A stretch of 64,000 nucleotides of DNA, from the NCBI GenBank assembly GCA_905178155.1, contig CAJINV010000003.1, forward strand, positions 8,333,738 through 8,397,737. The letters run 5' to 3'. A program made the position numbers and the translations under genes. A model generated the notes under the pieces. The model had not been told where the DNA came from, did not search any database, and saw only the letters and a list, made by a program, of their open reading frames with translations. Positions 1 to 12,041 of the stretch are shown in pieces (positions within the stretch are counted from its first letter, which is position 1; every line of letters begins with the position of its first letter). Origin of the DNA: Amoebophrya sp. A120 (lineage: Eukaryota; Protista; Dinoflagellata).

Positions 1-160
1 CATGAGTCACCATTAATAACAGCCGCAAAGTACATAGCGTTCTCGCGCCTGATGCTAGAAAGATCATCATCATCCCAATCAGTTTGTCGTGGCAGTGTAT
101 CGGTATCGCTACTTGCGTTTTCCTTCCTACGTTGGACTCTTTCCCGGAGAAACCGAAAGA

Positions 161-535
161 ATGCTCGGCGCGTCCAGAAGTTCGTCTTCGTCCTTCCTGA
201 TCAAGAAGCCAGGCAGCGACGAAGTGATTACTGCCGAGCTGTATCAAAAGTAAAAATATCTGGGTCTGGAAGAATGCAAGATTTGTCATGCATATTTCTC
301 ATGACCCATGATGCCTGTGGCTGTGCTGCATGCCCTAGCATCACAATTTTTTTGAGGGATTCTTGATGCCCATTCCGCATGACAAATGCCCTCTTCGCGT
401 AGCAAAAATTAGACCCTGTTTGCTGCTCATGCAACACAATTTTTTTAGTCATCGAAACGCAGCATCACAAGTTGCATTCTTCCAGACCCAGACATTTTTG
501 CATTTGATGAGCTGAAAGACAAGTTGATACTATGA
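161..535 (+). CDS. 3' end of a hypothetical protein gene (5' part uncertain or outside the window), interrupted by insert 242-508
   Basis: Removing 242-514 gives the in-frame reading ...FLIKKPGSDEVITAEL|KDKLIL* with TGA at 533-535; no recognisable domain. Confidence 0.45.
242..508. mobile_element. Introner-like non-canonical intron, family A
   Basis: Left end TATCAAAAGTAAAAATATCTGGGTCTGGAAGAATGCAA is inverted with right end TTGCATTCTTCCAGACCCAGACATTTTTGCATTTGAT; direct repeat GAGCTG at 236-241 and 509-514. Confidence 0.85.
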
Positions 536-953
536 CAGAAACACCCCCCCCAGCGAACCGACGTCGACTCTCGTGCCCGCCGGGGGACAACCAGGATTGT
601 CCTAGTAAAGAGATGCGTGGCGTGTTTCGGAGATGAGAAAACAGGCTCAATAAAGGGATACGCAGGGAGGTATATGCATGCGTGCAGCAACACTGTATTT
701 TTGCCTGGTTCCATCATTAAGGTATAGGTAACATTTTAGGTCTGCGCAGCACCTCAGAAGCTTTGTTTTCGCCGATTTGTAGCTACTAAGATAGAAGGAC
801 GGAACTATTAGCGCAGATATGCAGTCGCCTAATGCGATGTTGAGATAGATTCGCGCACGTATGCTGCAGAAGCACCAAGACATCAGCGGCGAGAGTGCGG
901 TTTAATAATCGAGGGTTTGAGTTGCATAGCGAAATGACAAGCTAGCTCTGGAG

Positions 954-2710
954 ATGGAGGACGATGACTACGATGACGGCCTTGATTTTCTGCTGAAATC
1001 AAAGAAAAAATCGATCAAGGAGATATGGCTTGCTCATATGTTGCAATCTCAAGCGTTGCAATAGAGTCTGGAATTTGTCCTGCATCGGCAGTATGAGTAC
1101 CATACCGAGACTTGGGCTTTTCGCAGTGCAAATTTAGCCAGAATCGCATGGGATTTGGAGCTCGTTGCAGATCGTGCAACGCGACAGCTTCCAGACTCTA
1201 TTGTAACGTTTTACGTTGTAACCTCTGAGCGGGTTATAGGCGAAATTCATGAAGGAGAAGGAACAGAAGAATGAGAAGACGAAGAAAGACAAAAAGGGGA
1301 AGCATGGTACATTATTGGATGCCTGCCGCGTGCGAGTAGTTGGTTTCACTAATAGTAATATCAGTTTTGAAGATCAGTACTAAACAGGAGAGACCATTAT
1401 ACGGCAGAGCTCCGTGATGGAGCTTTGTGTTTAAAAATGTTGAGGTGACTGATCAGGGCGACGCCACAGTTCTTGTATAGATGTTGAGTTGACTCACGAA
1501 ATGAGTGAACACGCCTACGCCACCATCAATCCTTAAAAAGCAAAAACGCGGGCTGACCGAGCGGGGCTGATATTTCCGGTGGGACGGATACACACCCTGC
1601 TGAAGAACAAGGTTCCGGCTCAAGCACGGGTCGGAGGAACTGCGGCAGTGTTTTATCAATGTGAGTAAATATCCCTCCGCCATACTGCGACCTGATCTGT
1701 GTGGCACGATATCCGCACATCTCAGCTAAAGCTTAAGCCTCTTGACGGAGGCATCAATGCCTAGCTGCTTGACATAAGAACAGGAGCGTTTTCATCTGTT
1801 GATTGAACAATCTTAGAGACCAGCCATATTCATATAGCGCCCTCGCTACCATTTTTTTTGTGTGCGCAAATCACATCAATCAGCAACACAAATTTATTGC
1901 TCTTTGAGTATGGGGCGAGGGGACTTTTCCTCACAATATGTTTCAGGCCGCTGTCATGGAATATATGATGGCGGAATTGCTGGAGCTCTCTGGTAAGTTT
2001 TATCGCGGCCGGACTTGTCGTTGTCGCTTACTTATACTTGGTTTTGATCGCAAAGTCTTCGCCGCCACCACAACGATAGTACTGAAGTAGAAGGCCTCAA
2101 ATTTTCAGAATCCTCTTCATAATGTGAAATAACAAGAAGGCACAAAAGTCGACCATGCCAAAATGTTGAACTCGATACACATACATCTCCCTTATATGTC
2201 ACACCAGGCAACCATGCGAAACAAGCCAAGAAGAAGGACCGAGCACGCATTACGCCACAATTTCTGACTAAGGCCATCAAAACCGACAAGGAGTTTGACG
2301 AGTACTAGGATCTCTTACAACTAATTTTATTTTGCGAATTCTCCTCGTCCTCCTTGCATGATGTTGAAGGAAACACCAACTTCATAGTGAATCCAGGAGC
2401 CGAATCTTCACTATGTATGAAAGACTAAATCAGATTGCTGTCTCGCGCTATGCTTTCCGGAGGAGGCGTGATCCCGAAATCTGACAAAGATCTGAAGGAC
2501 ATCTACGGCGGGAAGAAGGGTGCTGCGGGTGCCAAATCAGGAATGAAAATGCCAGCGTCTGAGGAAAACAGTAAGGCGATGGGGGGCACCTTCCTGCCAG
2601 GGGCGCCCGCGGAACTCCCCGGTGGCGCAGTCGCGGGGGTAGACATGCTCGGCAGCGTGACCACAATTGGAGGCGTAGCTTCTGTGGGGCAGATGGGACC
2701 GGTTTCTTGA
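954..2710 (+). CDS. H2A: Divergent histone H2A (H2A.Z-like) with N- and C-terminal extensions; inferred exons ~954-1023, 1244-1306, 1541-1653, 1944-1992, 2208-2301, 2434-2710
   Basis: Spliced product reads [20 protein letters not shown]...RVGGTAAVF|[17 protein letters not shown]|NHAK...[19 protein letters not shown]|[14 protein letters not shown], collinear with the H2A histone fold; three GT-AG introns (1307-1540, 1993-2207, 2302-2433) and two TIR/DR introns; true start uncertain. Confidence 0.88.
1024..1238. mobile_element. Introner-like non-canonical intron in H2A
   Basis: Inverted repeat core CGTTGCAATAGAGTCTGGAA / TTCCAGACTCTATTGTAACG; TAT...ATA ends; flanks GGAGA / GGCGA; removal joins SIKE|KFMKEK in frame. 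Confidence 0.75.
1654..1938. mobile_element. Introner-like non-canonical intron in the H2A histone fold, family C
   Basis: Perfect DR TGTTT at 1649-1653 and 1939-1943; ~30-bp imperfect TIR (TGTGAGTAAATATCCCTCCGCCATACT vs AGTATGGGGCGAGGGGACTTTTCCTCACA); removal restores AAVF|QAAVMEY. Confidence 0.88.
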
Positions 2711-3637
2711 GCAGGGGCTGCTCGGTGGTGCAGCGGTGCAGGAGAAAAAAGCGAACAGGAGTTGCTTATTACGATTTTGTCGTACATCGACATGCACGGA
2801 TACATCATGCATCGCTCTGCGACTTCGAATTCCGTGCGAGTCTAAGGGTACGTGATGAATCCTCAGCGTAGAAGATGTAGCAGGTCAATACCATTTTGCT
2901 TTTTACTTATTTTTGTAGAGCTGTTTCTTTTATTACTTCTTTGTGGCTCATTTAAGATACTCGCCTTTTTTGCGACTTTTCTAATTGGAGAATGTGTTGT
3001 AGTAGAACAGTTTGTCTACAGTCAGAAAGATGAGTAAAGATACTCGGGGGTGGAATTTTGGTATGTATTGCATCTTTGATTATGTGGACCACGACCTGGG
3101 GCTGGGCGAGGAGCTGGAGCGGTACAGAAAAAGAAGGCGTGTTTTCCTAGTTCACGCTATCATTATCAACCCACGCAATGCTGGTTGCGGGGGAAAAAAT
3201 GATCAGAGTTGACTGAAAACAGACAGCAAATATCTGTATACGTTTTCTTTCTGGATCTGGACGGAGATGAAAGTGGTTCCTGAGCCGTTTGGTGAGGGTG
3301 AGCCCTCTCGAGCAGGCATGGTAAGAGTGGCCCCGGGCTCTTCGGGCGATTAATGTTGCTGCTCCGCGTAGGTTTCGAGCCTAGCATTGAGTCCTTTGTT
3401 AACTACTAATTTATCGGAGGTAACTACGCGGTCGCGTTGCATGCTTGATCAATATGAAGCAATTTGGGGGAGCGCTAACTGAGTCCTTTAGTCACAGCCC
3501 CCCGGTCTGAACATCTTCATGTATTTATTACTACTTCGTTCTAAAATATTTATACGTATACCTTCGTGCTGACAGAGACTCGTGGCAATGGGAAATAAAT
3601 GAATTTTGCGCAGATGACCAGCAGTATATAAGAGATC

Positions 3638-6307
3638 ATGGCAGTGAATCCAGGAGGGAAAAGTCCTTACATGGACCCTGTGCGTCTGTTGGCTCGTGAC
3701 TACCTCAGGCTCTTCCGGACAAAGTATCGCGATCATGCGCGGCCTGGTGTGGTGTTTCGTCTACCGTGGGCAAGGTTTCTTCCCCCAATCATTTTTCGTG
3801 ACTACAGACTGGTTGCCGAACTGTGTTGCCGCGGACCGCTGTATGCAGTAAAGCAGTTCCTCTTCCGCTCGAAGTTGTTCGGGCTGGTTGCGCAGCTCGT
3901 CCTGCTGATTCTGCTGGCCTTTCCCCGCGAAATATTGCAACTAGTGTTGCCTTATCAAATGCAAATACTTGTAATATGTCTGGGTCGGGAACCATAGCGA
4001 CCCTCTTCGTTGGTCATGCATCGTTCTGCGCATCATGAAGCAATGGTCCTCGTCGAAAGCATGACAGGTTTGGAAGAAGCTTCGCGATGCCTGCTAGCCC
4101 GCATGAGAAACTCGCTTTTTACATGGCAGTAAAGAAATGGGATGGAGCTATTCCTGGGGCTCATGCACTAGAAGAGCTTGACCTAAACCTAATGTTCCCG
4201 AGATCGTGCACCATCAAGGCATCGGTCGCAAAGTGGATGATGCATTTGTGGGCTGAGGTGTAAAAAAATTGCCGGCGGTCACGCAATTATACTGATTCTG
4301 ATTTTGCTTTTCCTTTTTGTGTGATCCGGACGGGACTCAGCACCACAGCTTTGCAAAGCATTCTTCCAGGCCTAGACGACCTATTTGCGAAAATGCATAT
4401 GCCGTTGGTGGAACAGACTCTGCAGTCGCACGTCTCAGCGTACTTACAGCAGTGGGTGCAGTCTTCCCCTTGGACCTCCAACGCTGTGGCACGGTTTGCG
4501 GGCAACCTGGGCTTTCGTGTCTTTCACCGCATGAAAAACTTCGTGGAGCGCAGCGCCGACTCACTCGACGAGCGATTGGGGCGTTCGAAATATTTTGCAA
4601 GTGACCTGGTCGTATCAAATTCAAATGTAAAAATGTCTGGGTCTGGAAGAGCCATGCTGCTTTTGCACGACACAGAAGGTCTGGCATGGAAGCTTTAGCA
4701 TCACAGGTTTCGAGAAGCTTCCGCAATGCCGAATCCGCATGACAAATGCCCCATTTTGGTGACAGAAAGCGGGCAGCTTTTTCTGCCTATGCATGAGAGA
4801 TTTTTATGTGTTGTGAAATGCGCATCACAGGTTGCATTCTTCCAGACCCAGACATTTTTTCATTTGATAGGTCGCGCGGGTGTTTCATGTGGACGACGAC
4901 GCAGCGGATACCGCAAATTTTTTTCTGCACAACCTCCACTGGATTTGTGCGTCGACCTCCGCGGTCGCGCTGCTGGCTTGCGACGCGGTCTACAACACGT
5001 TTTTTTTTGCATATTGTGACCGCGACCTTTCGACTTTTCTGCGTGAGACTCTGCTCTCGCTGGCCGTGGTGTGTGGAGGAGGCGGTACGTTCGTTGTCAG
5101 AAAGCTCTTGGCGCTGTTCGTGTCGCACCTGCCCGCAGGCAGCACATCTTCACGACGACCAGAGGAGCGGACAGCGACAAGTGTCGGAGGAGCTGTAGTT
5201 GAAGAGGACAAGGCACAGCCTCGCTTGTTGGTGGAGGTGGAACAACCAGGAACCGATCATGCGCGAAAAGTAGAACCAGCAGAGATGAACAAAATAGCAT
5301 CGGCGACATCGTCAAAGCGCCCGCCGGGGGGCGAGAGCGGTACCACTGCCACCAGCAGCAGCTCTTCGGAAAATTATAAACAGCTAGAACAACCGAAAGG
5401 CCAAGTAGAAGATGCCTGGCGCGCCGCGAAGAGCAGCGCAACAGCGACGCGGCTCCAGCAGTCTACGTTGTTCACGACGACACATCAGCAAGACGAGCAG
5501 CTGGCTTGGCATGCCAAGACATCGCGGCGCAGGAAGGCTACATTGAAAGACTTCGAACCTGACGAAGCGGAACCAGATGCGGAGGGGACCGAAGAAAAAG
5601 AGCAGTCCCCGGCGTCGTCTAGCTCTTTTGTTGACGTGATGGAGCCTATTGATCTGTTCCAAGTCGGCCTGACTGTACTGAGCACGTGTGTGGGAGGCTT
5701 GATCGGGCTGGAAGCCGGAGAGCGGTGCTTCGACGGCGTCTTTGGCGACCGGCAGCAGCAGCGCGAAGCGAAAGATTATCGCCTGCTTGGGCTGCCAGGG
5801 GGCAGGTGTCACGCCACGACCGCGGAAATACTCAGTCAGTACGTGAAGGAAAGTGAAAAAGTTGTCTCGCTGGACGAGTACGTGAGGGAAAGTGAGAAAA
5901 GCTTGTCCACCTCCGGTGGTAGATCCTCGCCAAGAGCTTCGAGCAGCGACACGACGGATGAAGGTGGTGCGCAAGCCACAGGTGGTAGTTTAAGTTCTGG
6001 GGAGAAAGAAGTCATCGAAGATTGTGTGTCTACTGCAGCGACAACGACCTCGTCTTCAACTTCATCGTGGGTACGGGAGTTCGACGACAGTGGGCCATCC
6101 TCCGGCTGCTCGGGATGCCAGGTGGCGGCCCGCCTTCGGTTTATTGACCTCAGTTCTGCAATGGAGCGAATCGGTGCGGAGCGTGGATTGTTTCTCGAGG
6201 GTGCCGACGTCCTCCCGTTTACGATACCGGAGGGTGGAAGAGCGGGCAGATCAGGAGCCCCCGGTGCTGGTCTAGCTAAGGAACGCATGATACTTTCGAA
6301 ACTCTGA
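3638..6307 (+). CDS. Hypothetical membrane protein with a degenerate C-terminal J-like domain; exons ~3638-3952, ~4300-4612, 4875-6307 (possible further 5' exon near 3030-3190)
   Basis: ORFs 3638, 4321 and 4880 join in frame across inserts (YFASDLV|ARVFHVDDDAA); hydrophobic segments; YRLLGL...ATTAEILSQY and RFIDLSSAMERI resemble J-domain helices but there is no HPD. Confidence 0.65.
3953..4309. mobile_element. Degenerate family A intron insert (left TIR kept, right TIR eroded; right end at 4291 or 4309)
   Basis: Starts TATCAAATGCAAATACTTGTAATATGTCTGGGTCGGGA; internal GAAGCTTCGCGATGCC...CCGCATGAGAAA resembles the interior of 4613-4869; either right end gives an in-frame join. Confidence 0.55.
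4613..4869. mobile_element. Introner-like intron, family A
   Basis: TATCAAAT...ATTTGATA ends with an ~35-bp TIR; perfect DR GGTCG at 4608-4612 and 4870-4874; exact removal is also possible as GT-AG (4609-4870). Confidence 0.92.
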
Positions 6308-7154
6308 AGCGGACAATCAATGAGATTCCAAACGAGTATGATCATGTCGTGCCGCACGCAGCGGCGGGGGCGTCGTGCCTGCTAATTGCACATCGCCCAC
6401 CTGCAGCGGCTTGTTCGTCCACGTGCAACCGTGTTTCTAACTCTCGGTAGGATCAGTACCTCATCATCAGATCATTTTTATTTCGCGAAACGTGGACGAC
6501 ACCGGAACCGGATGCGGATCTCCTCTTCAAAATTCAACGACGAGTGTCGCCATGGCGAACTGAACCATGATCACCGTGAGATTTGTATTAAAAAAGAAGA
6601 AGTAGAACAAGCAAAGCGGATTCATTGCATTTCTCGGTCTCGTCGTGCGTGGATGCGTCTACATACTGTGGATGTACTATCTTTCAGTAATGTATTAATG
6701 TCGGTTTTGCGATTGCGTTGGATCATCTTCATCGTCATCGATGGAGCTTGCCAAAGTTCGCAGTAGGATATTAAGCGAATGAAAAGGAGAACTCCAAACG
6801 ATCATCCTTATTTTATGAAAAGGTAAAGGAGAACTCCTATTTTAGATCTCAATCTCTCTCTACCTGCAAGAGGCGAACGCATCAGGGTAGGTACTCAAAC
6901 AAGGTCGTGAAGTTCGGTACGTCAAGCAGCAAAGCGAGGATATTATCAACCATGATACACAAACTACTTTTTTTGATAGAATACAAACATGGATTGCGAA
7001 AGCATAGTTTATTACAGCAAGAAAAAATAGACGGGACAATGAGACCACAAGTTTCAGAAAAGCTGAATGAATTTCCGGGTGAACACGAAGCGCAGGAATA
7101 ATTCTCCCACATCTGGTATTTGCTTCCACCTGAGAATATTATTGGTGTAGAAGG

Positions 7155-10100
7155 ATGGCGCCTCGTAAGAAGCAGCGTTTAATATTTCTTCTGCGCAAGA
7201 AAATGAAAAAGAAGGGAGTAAGCCTAAGCCATCAGACTCAGAGAATTACAACTACGTCGCCCCCGCGGCTGCCACATCATCTACATTGGAAGACCCCCTC
7301 GCTCTGCAGAGAGGCCGCTACTGCTCTGCCCACAATCTCAATCTGCAGGCGGACCACGACTGGGCTCCGAGGTGGACGAGAATTTTGCTCTCCGTCGAGG
7401 TCAGGCGAGACGAATTGGAAGGCTGCAGCAGATAAGTGTTGGGCGCTCGCTAAACAAATATCAACCTTGCAAGATAAAGAAGTAGCCACTCAGCACCGTG
7501 AGGCGAACAAAGAGCGTCAATCTGCGGAGGCGTATGTCGGTGAGATTGCCGAGATAATACAGCAACTAGCAGTAGAAGTACCATGCTATCGATACGCTCG
7601 TGTTCGTCCACCTGGACGCGGCCCGACCGCCAGACATGGACATCAAATAGCGGAAAAGAACACAGTTTCTTGCTCTATTAAAACGCTGGGCGCGCGTCTA
7701 GTGTGCAATTTGGTGTGGGCGGTCTCCGTTGCTGCGGAGTGGTGTCTTGTCTCGAGCGCCCCCGCCTCGGCTTCTTCGGTGCTGGTCCCTGAGAAAATTA
7801 GAGTCGACAAGAACCACGTGCTTGAACAAGAATATTATGAGACAAGACCAGTCCGTCTCCGTGTCCGTCTGGCGTTTTTCTTGGGCTGGATGCGAGAGAT
7901 GCATGACGATTGTGTGAAACACCGCTTTCTCGGTGTAGGACGATTGCTCTGCGAGAGACGCAGCAAGAGGACCGTTTTTGCCGGATTCGAGGTTGGCCGA
8001 CAGCACGAAGAACAAGGGGCACGGTCTTTTTTCTCGCCCGCACAAATGGCCACGATTTGCGAATCGTATCAGCGATTCGCACCTGAACTTGATGATTTGC
8101 TTTTAGACCTCGCAGCTGAGGTGACTAGTGCCTGCGATTTTGTGCCGACGTCCACCCGGGATGAGCAAGCGAATGCGCGCCGGTGGAGCAATAACTCATG
8201 CGACGCACCAGAGCTGGACCTCCTGGACGCGGATGCGGATCAGGGTGAAGAAAGACCCGTTCTTGATGCCAAGGAGATATGTATTCGGGAGCGAAGCGAG
8301 CCTTCCGCTTCAGGACCGACAGCACGTCGACTCAAGGATGGGCAACATCAAGCAGATGAAACTGAAGGTGAAGCTGCCAATCGTGCAAATACATATTGTC
8401 GCATGTCGCTGTGCTTTTTGAAGGCCGCCGGACGTCTCGCCAAAAAGGGAAGGGTGACCAAAAACGCGCTGGGTACGATTTCCCGCAAGCTGATGGTGCA
8501 ACTTTTACTAGGCTGCTCTAGGACTACCTCTATTGACGTATCAACACATCAGCATATTGTTCCAAAAACAAAATCCGTTTCTCGGTCGTGCCTTGGCCTT
8601 GTCCGGCGCAATAATCGGGAGTCGACGCGCACTACCGGTACTGGCGAGGACTGGCGAACAAGTAGTTTTCGGCTACAACCAGCGCGTAGTACAATTTTTG
8701 CAGGCACAGAGTCAGAGGGAGCAAGTTTCTCCTTCTCGACTCCCCTTCTTCAACGCGCGAGTCAGCGTCACCTGACGCTGCTGGCGCATGCTCTGGCAAG
8801 CACAGGCGTGGTGTCGAACATTGTGTTGAGAATCGTGGTTCCCTGCTTTGTATGAACTGCAAACGCATCGCACTACGTAGTAATTGCAATACAAATTAGC
8901 TCAGCCTCAGCATTATAAATGGAATCTGTCATGCTGTTTTACCGTTGAGATGGAGATGCATGGCTGCGATTGCTACGAATGCGATACTTTTGCACAGGAT
9001 ACTTTGCGTACGAGCAGATGGACGGCCAGGGGTTGAGCAATGCCCTCTGGGCGTGGGGGACTGCACTCCGCTACGAGGCACAGGAGGAGATGGAACGAGA
9101 TGGCAGCGGATTTATTCCGGTACGTCATACAACTGGAGATCTTCAAGATGATCCTCTTTGTCAACATAGTAAGACTAACAAGTGCTCCTCTGAACAAGAA
9201 GAGGGAGATCATCCACAGCTGGAATCTTCTGCGTCATCGTTCTACATGACAGAGAAGCATGCTGAGCTTGTGCTATCGCGGTTGCGCCGCGGTTTGAAGA
9301 TTCCAGGAGGACGGTGGTCGTGCAAAAATGCCGTGGTGCGCGAAGGCTCGGGGTGGAGAACAAGTTTTTCGCCTGTCAGTGTTTCTTGTGCTGGTCCTCG
9401 TCCTCGCGCTACACCACTGGTCGTGTCGCCACAAGGGCTGAGTAATATCGCTTGGGCACTGGCATACTTGACAAGAGCTGCGACGGGGTGGCATGCCGAC
9501 GATTTTGGCGGAAAGTTTTCCGTGGAAGTGCCGCCGCCACCCCGGGTGAACAAGCGAAAGTCTGCCTTACTGACGAAGAAACAGGACGCCTGCAGTTCTG
9601 CGGTCGAGGAACTATTTGTACCGCCCGTTTTGATTGGTAGCCTGGTGCAGACTCTCTGTGATCTGGCGGGGCAACAAGCGCAACAAATAAACTCGCGGCA
9701 ACAAGAACAGGCTTCGGCTGCACCGTCAAATAAAGAGGTCCTTTGGCAGACGCAGGAGCTGAGTATTTTCGTTTGGGCCATTGGAAAAATGGCCGTGCGC
9801 GCAGCTGTTTCGCCCTCGTCGCAGGTACTTGCTACTAGGGTCGATAGAAACTACTGTCCCGATGGAGAACGAACAAGTTCAAGTGTTGTCCGGGACGCGG
9901 GATCCTTGGCTAGAAGTATCCGCTTTGCTTTAACTGCCCTGTTGTGTGGTTCTACAGCGATTGCAAGTACTTCCACTTCGAGAGTGACAAATGCGGCTGG
10001 CCCGGACAACCCAGCCTTGTTCTGGTCTGCGCAGAGCCAGGCAAATTTGCTTTCTGGTTGCACAGCGCTGTCCTTTCGCCACAGCTGTTTCCTTCGTCGT

Positions 10101-10448
10101 TTTCTCCGAGAGGTGGTGTTGCCTTTTTCGTCCCCTGGAAGCAGTACTAGTTGTGCAGAACGAAGTCTCCGGGTCTACTGCACAGGAGATCATGAAGAAC
10201 GGAATGCACACACGACTACTGGTCGTCCTGCTATGGAAGGAGGTCTACTGTGTAATTCCCCACCGACGCAAACCGCAGCGCCAGCCCGAGTTGTGAGCTC
10301 GCTGTACACTGCCAAGGAGCTTGTCGTCATATTGCACGCCTACGCTCTCTGGATGGCTGAACAAGGTTACTTTCTTTGTGACGACGAGAAGATGTTTACT
10401 ACAGCTCCATGTAAGCAAAACGCAAGAGGAGCCCGCTCACGTTCCTAA
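7155..10448 (+). CDS. Helical-repeat (HPR/OPR/RAP-associated type) putative organellar RNA-binding protein; ends uncertain
   Basis: Recurrent motifs QGLSNALWAWG, PQGLSNIAWALA, TQELSIFVWAIGK, AQSQANLLSG and AKELVVILHAYA; ORFs 7155 and 8970 join in frame across 8851-9006 (VPCF|AYEQMDG). Confidence 0.65.
8851..9001. mobile_element. Introner-like non-canonical intron, family B
   Basis: Perfect DR CTTTG at 8846-8850 and 9002-9006; imperfect ~37-bp TIR with a TGCAAA.G.ATCGCA core. Confidence 0.88.
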
Positions 10449-11233
10449 TTACCAAATGCGTCCTTTGGCTGGCAGCTGCTTGTTATTCGATGCTTTATCA
10501 TTTGTTGTGTTGTATTTGTAGGTCATGGCTCGGCAAAGCTACTTGATCTGGGGGAAGAACAAATGATGAGGATTGGACGATCAGAGTCAGAGCCCCGAAA
10601 AAACTTTGATTCCACGCCCAGGCGCAGGAAGAAAGAAAGAAATAAAGACGATCACAGTCGCTGACTTTCCTTACAACTGATCCAAATGCAGCTAATGCTC
10701 AAGCCCATATGTAGGCTTAGTGTATGAAGAGACAAAACCCAGAGCGCTCTTCGATGTTGATCTGGGAAAATGTTGATCTGCTGGGAAAAATACCCCTGTC
10801 GAGTAGAAACCCGATGATCATGATAGATTCAGCCAAATCAACGAGCTGGTATACTATATACGACATCTGAGGGCAGAAGGTGAAGATCATGATCTTGATC
10901 ATACATGACGTGTTGTTGTGGACAGCGATGATGATCAGAGCAGTGCCACAGGATCATTTCCCTCCATCATAATCATTCAGTTCAGGTCATTCCCTAGGGA
11001 TAAGTTCCTGGAACTTTGTTTACAGCCCCGGTGGTCTTGTGAAGATAGAACCACCATTCATTTACGTAAAGGAAGAAAGCGCTTTATTGAATTCATCTTG
11101 ATCTAGATCTTCTCGCATTTTTTTACAACAAAGCAAGACTAATAACGAGCACTGAAACTTCTTTGACCACAGAGCCACTTGCTGTTGATTACACTAGTAT
11201 CCGACGAAACATTTTTTATCTGAAAAAACCAGA

Positions 11234-12041
11234 ATGACAACCAGCGAAGTCCCAGTAGCAGCCACGGCCGCGGCGCCATATGTGTCGCCAATTGCGCAGC
11301 CATTGGTGAGCGGCAAACTGGAATCGAAGTGTCTGAAGATGTTGCGGAAAGCCTTCGGGGCCAAGGCAGTCAAGCGAGGTATCCCGGAAGTGACGAAGCT
11401 GGTGCGCAAAAACAAAAAAGGTATTTACCACCAGTGCCTTTTTTTTTTGTTTATTATTTCGGAATTTCAACATCGGAATTGTGGGCACGGCCGAGTTTAT
11501 CGTTTGTTCAATTTTTTGACACCAATTATTTGAGTAAGAATCGTGGTGCTCTTCATCTTCATGCCGGGGAAGATATACTTTTACAGAAACTGATACTGAG
11601 GCAAGAAGTTGTCAGACCAGCGGCATTTTCTTCAATGACGTCTTTTATATCGCAGGTGTGGTGATTTTTGCAGCTGATGTTTTTCCCGTTGATTTGGTGG
11701 CGCACATGCCTCTCCTGTGCGAGGAGAAGGACGTGATGTATGCCTACTTGTCTTCCCGAAAAGCCTTGGGCGAAGCGATCAATAGCAAGCGCGGGGTCAG
11801 TGCCGTGTTCGTGCCAGAACCGACCAGCGACTCGCCGCACGAGAGCGCCTATTCGCAGCTGATGGCTGCGTTGAAGATCGTCCACCCCTACATGGGAGAG
11901 GGAAAGCCGATGGAAGCGGAGGAAAGCAACAAGCGGGCTGCAACAACGGAAGTAGAGGGAGCAGCGGCAGATGAGTCGGGGGCAGCGGACGAGCCGGCCA
12001 AGAAAAAGAAGAAGAAGGAAAAGAAGGAAAAGGCGGAGTAA
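11234..12041 (+). CDS. NHP2: H/ACA snoRNP subunit NHP2 (L7Ae family); one GT-AG intron 11421-11655
   Basis: SPIAQPL...KRGIPEVTKLVRK..KG|VVIFAADVFPVDLVAHMPLLCEE..V.YAYL.SRKALGEA, typical of NHP2; lysine-rich tail. Confidence 0.92.
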
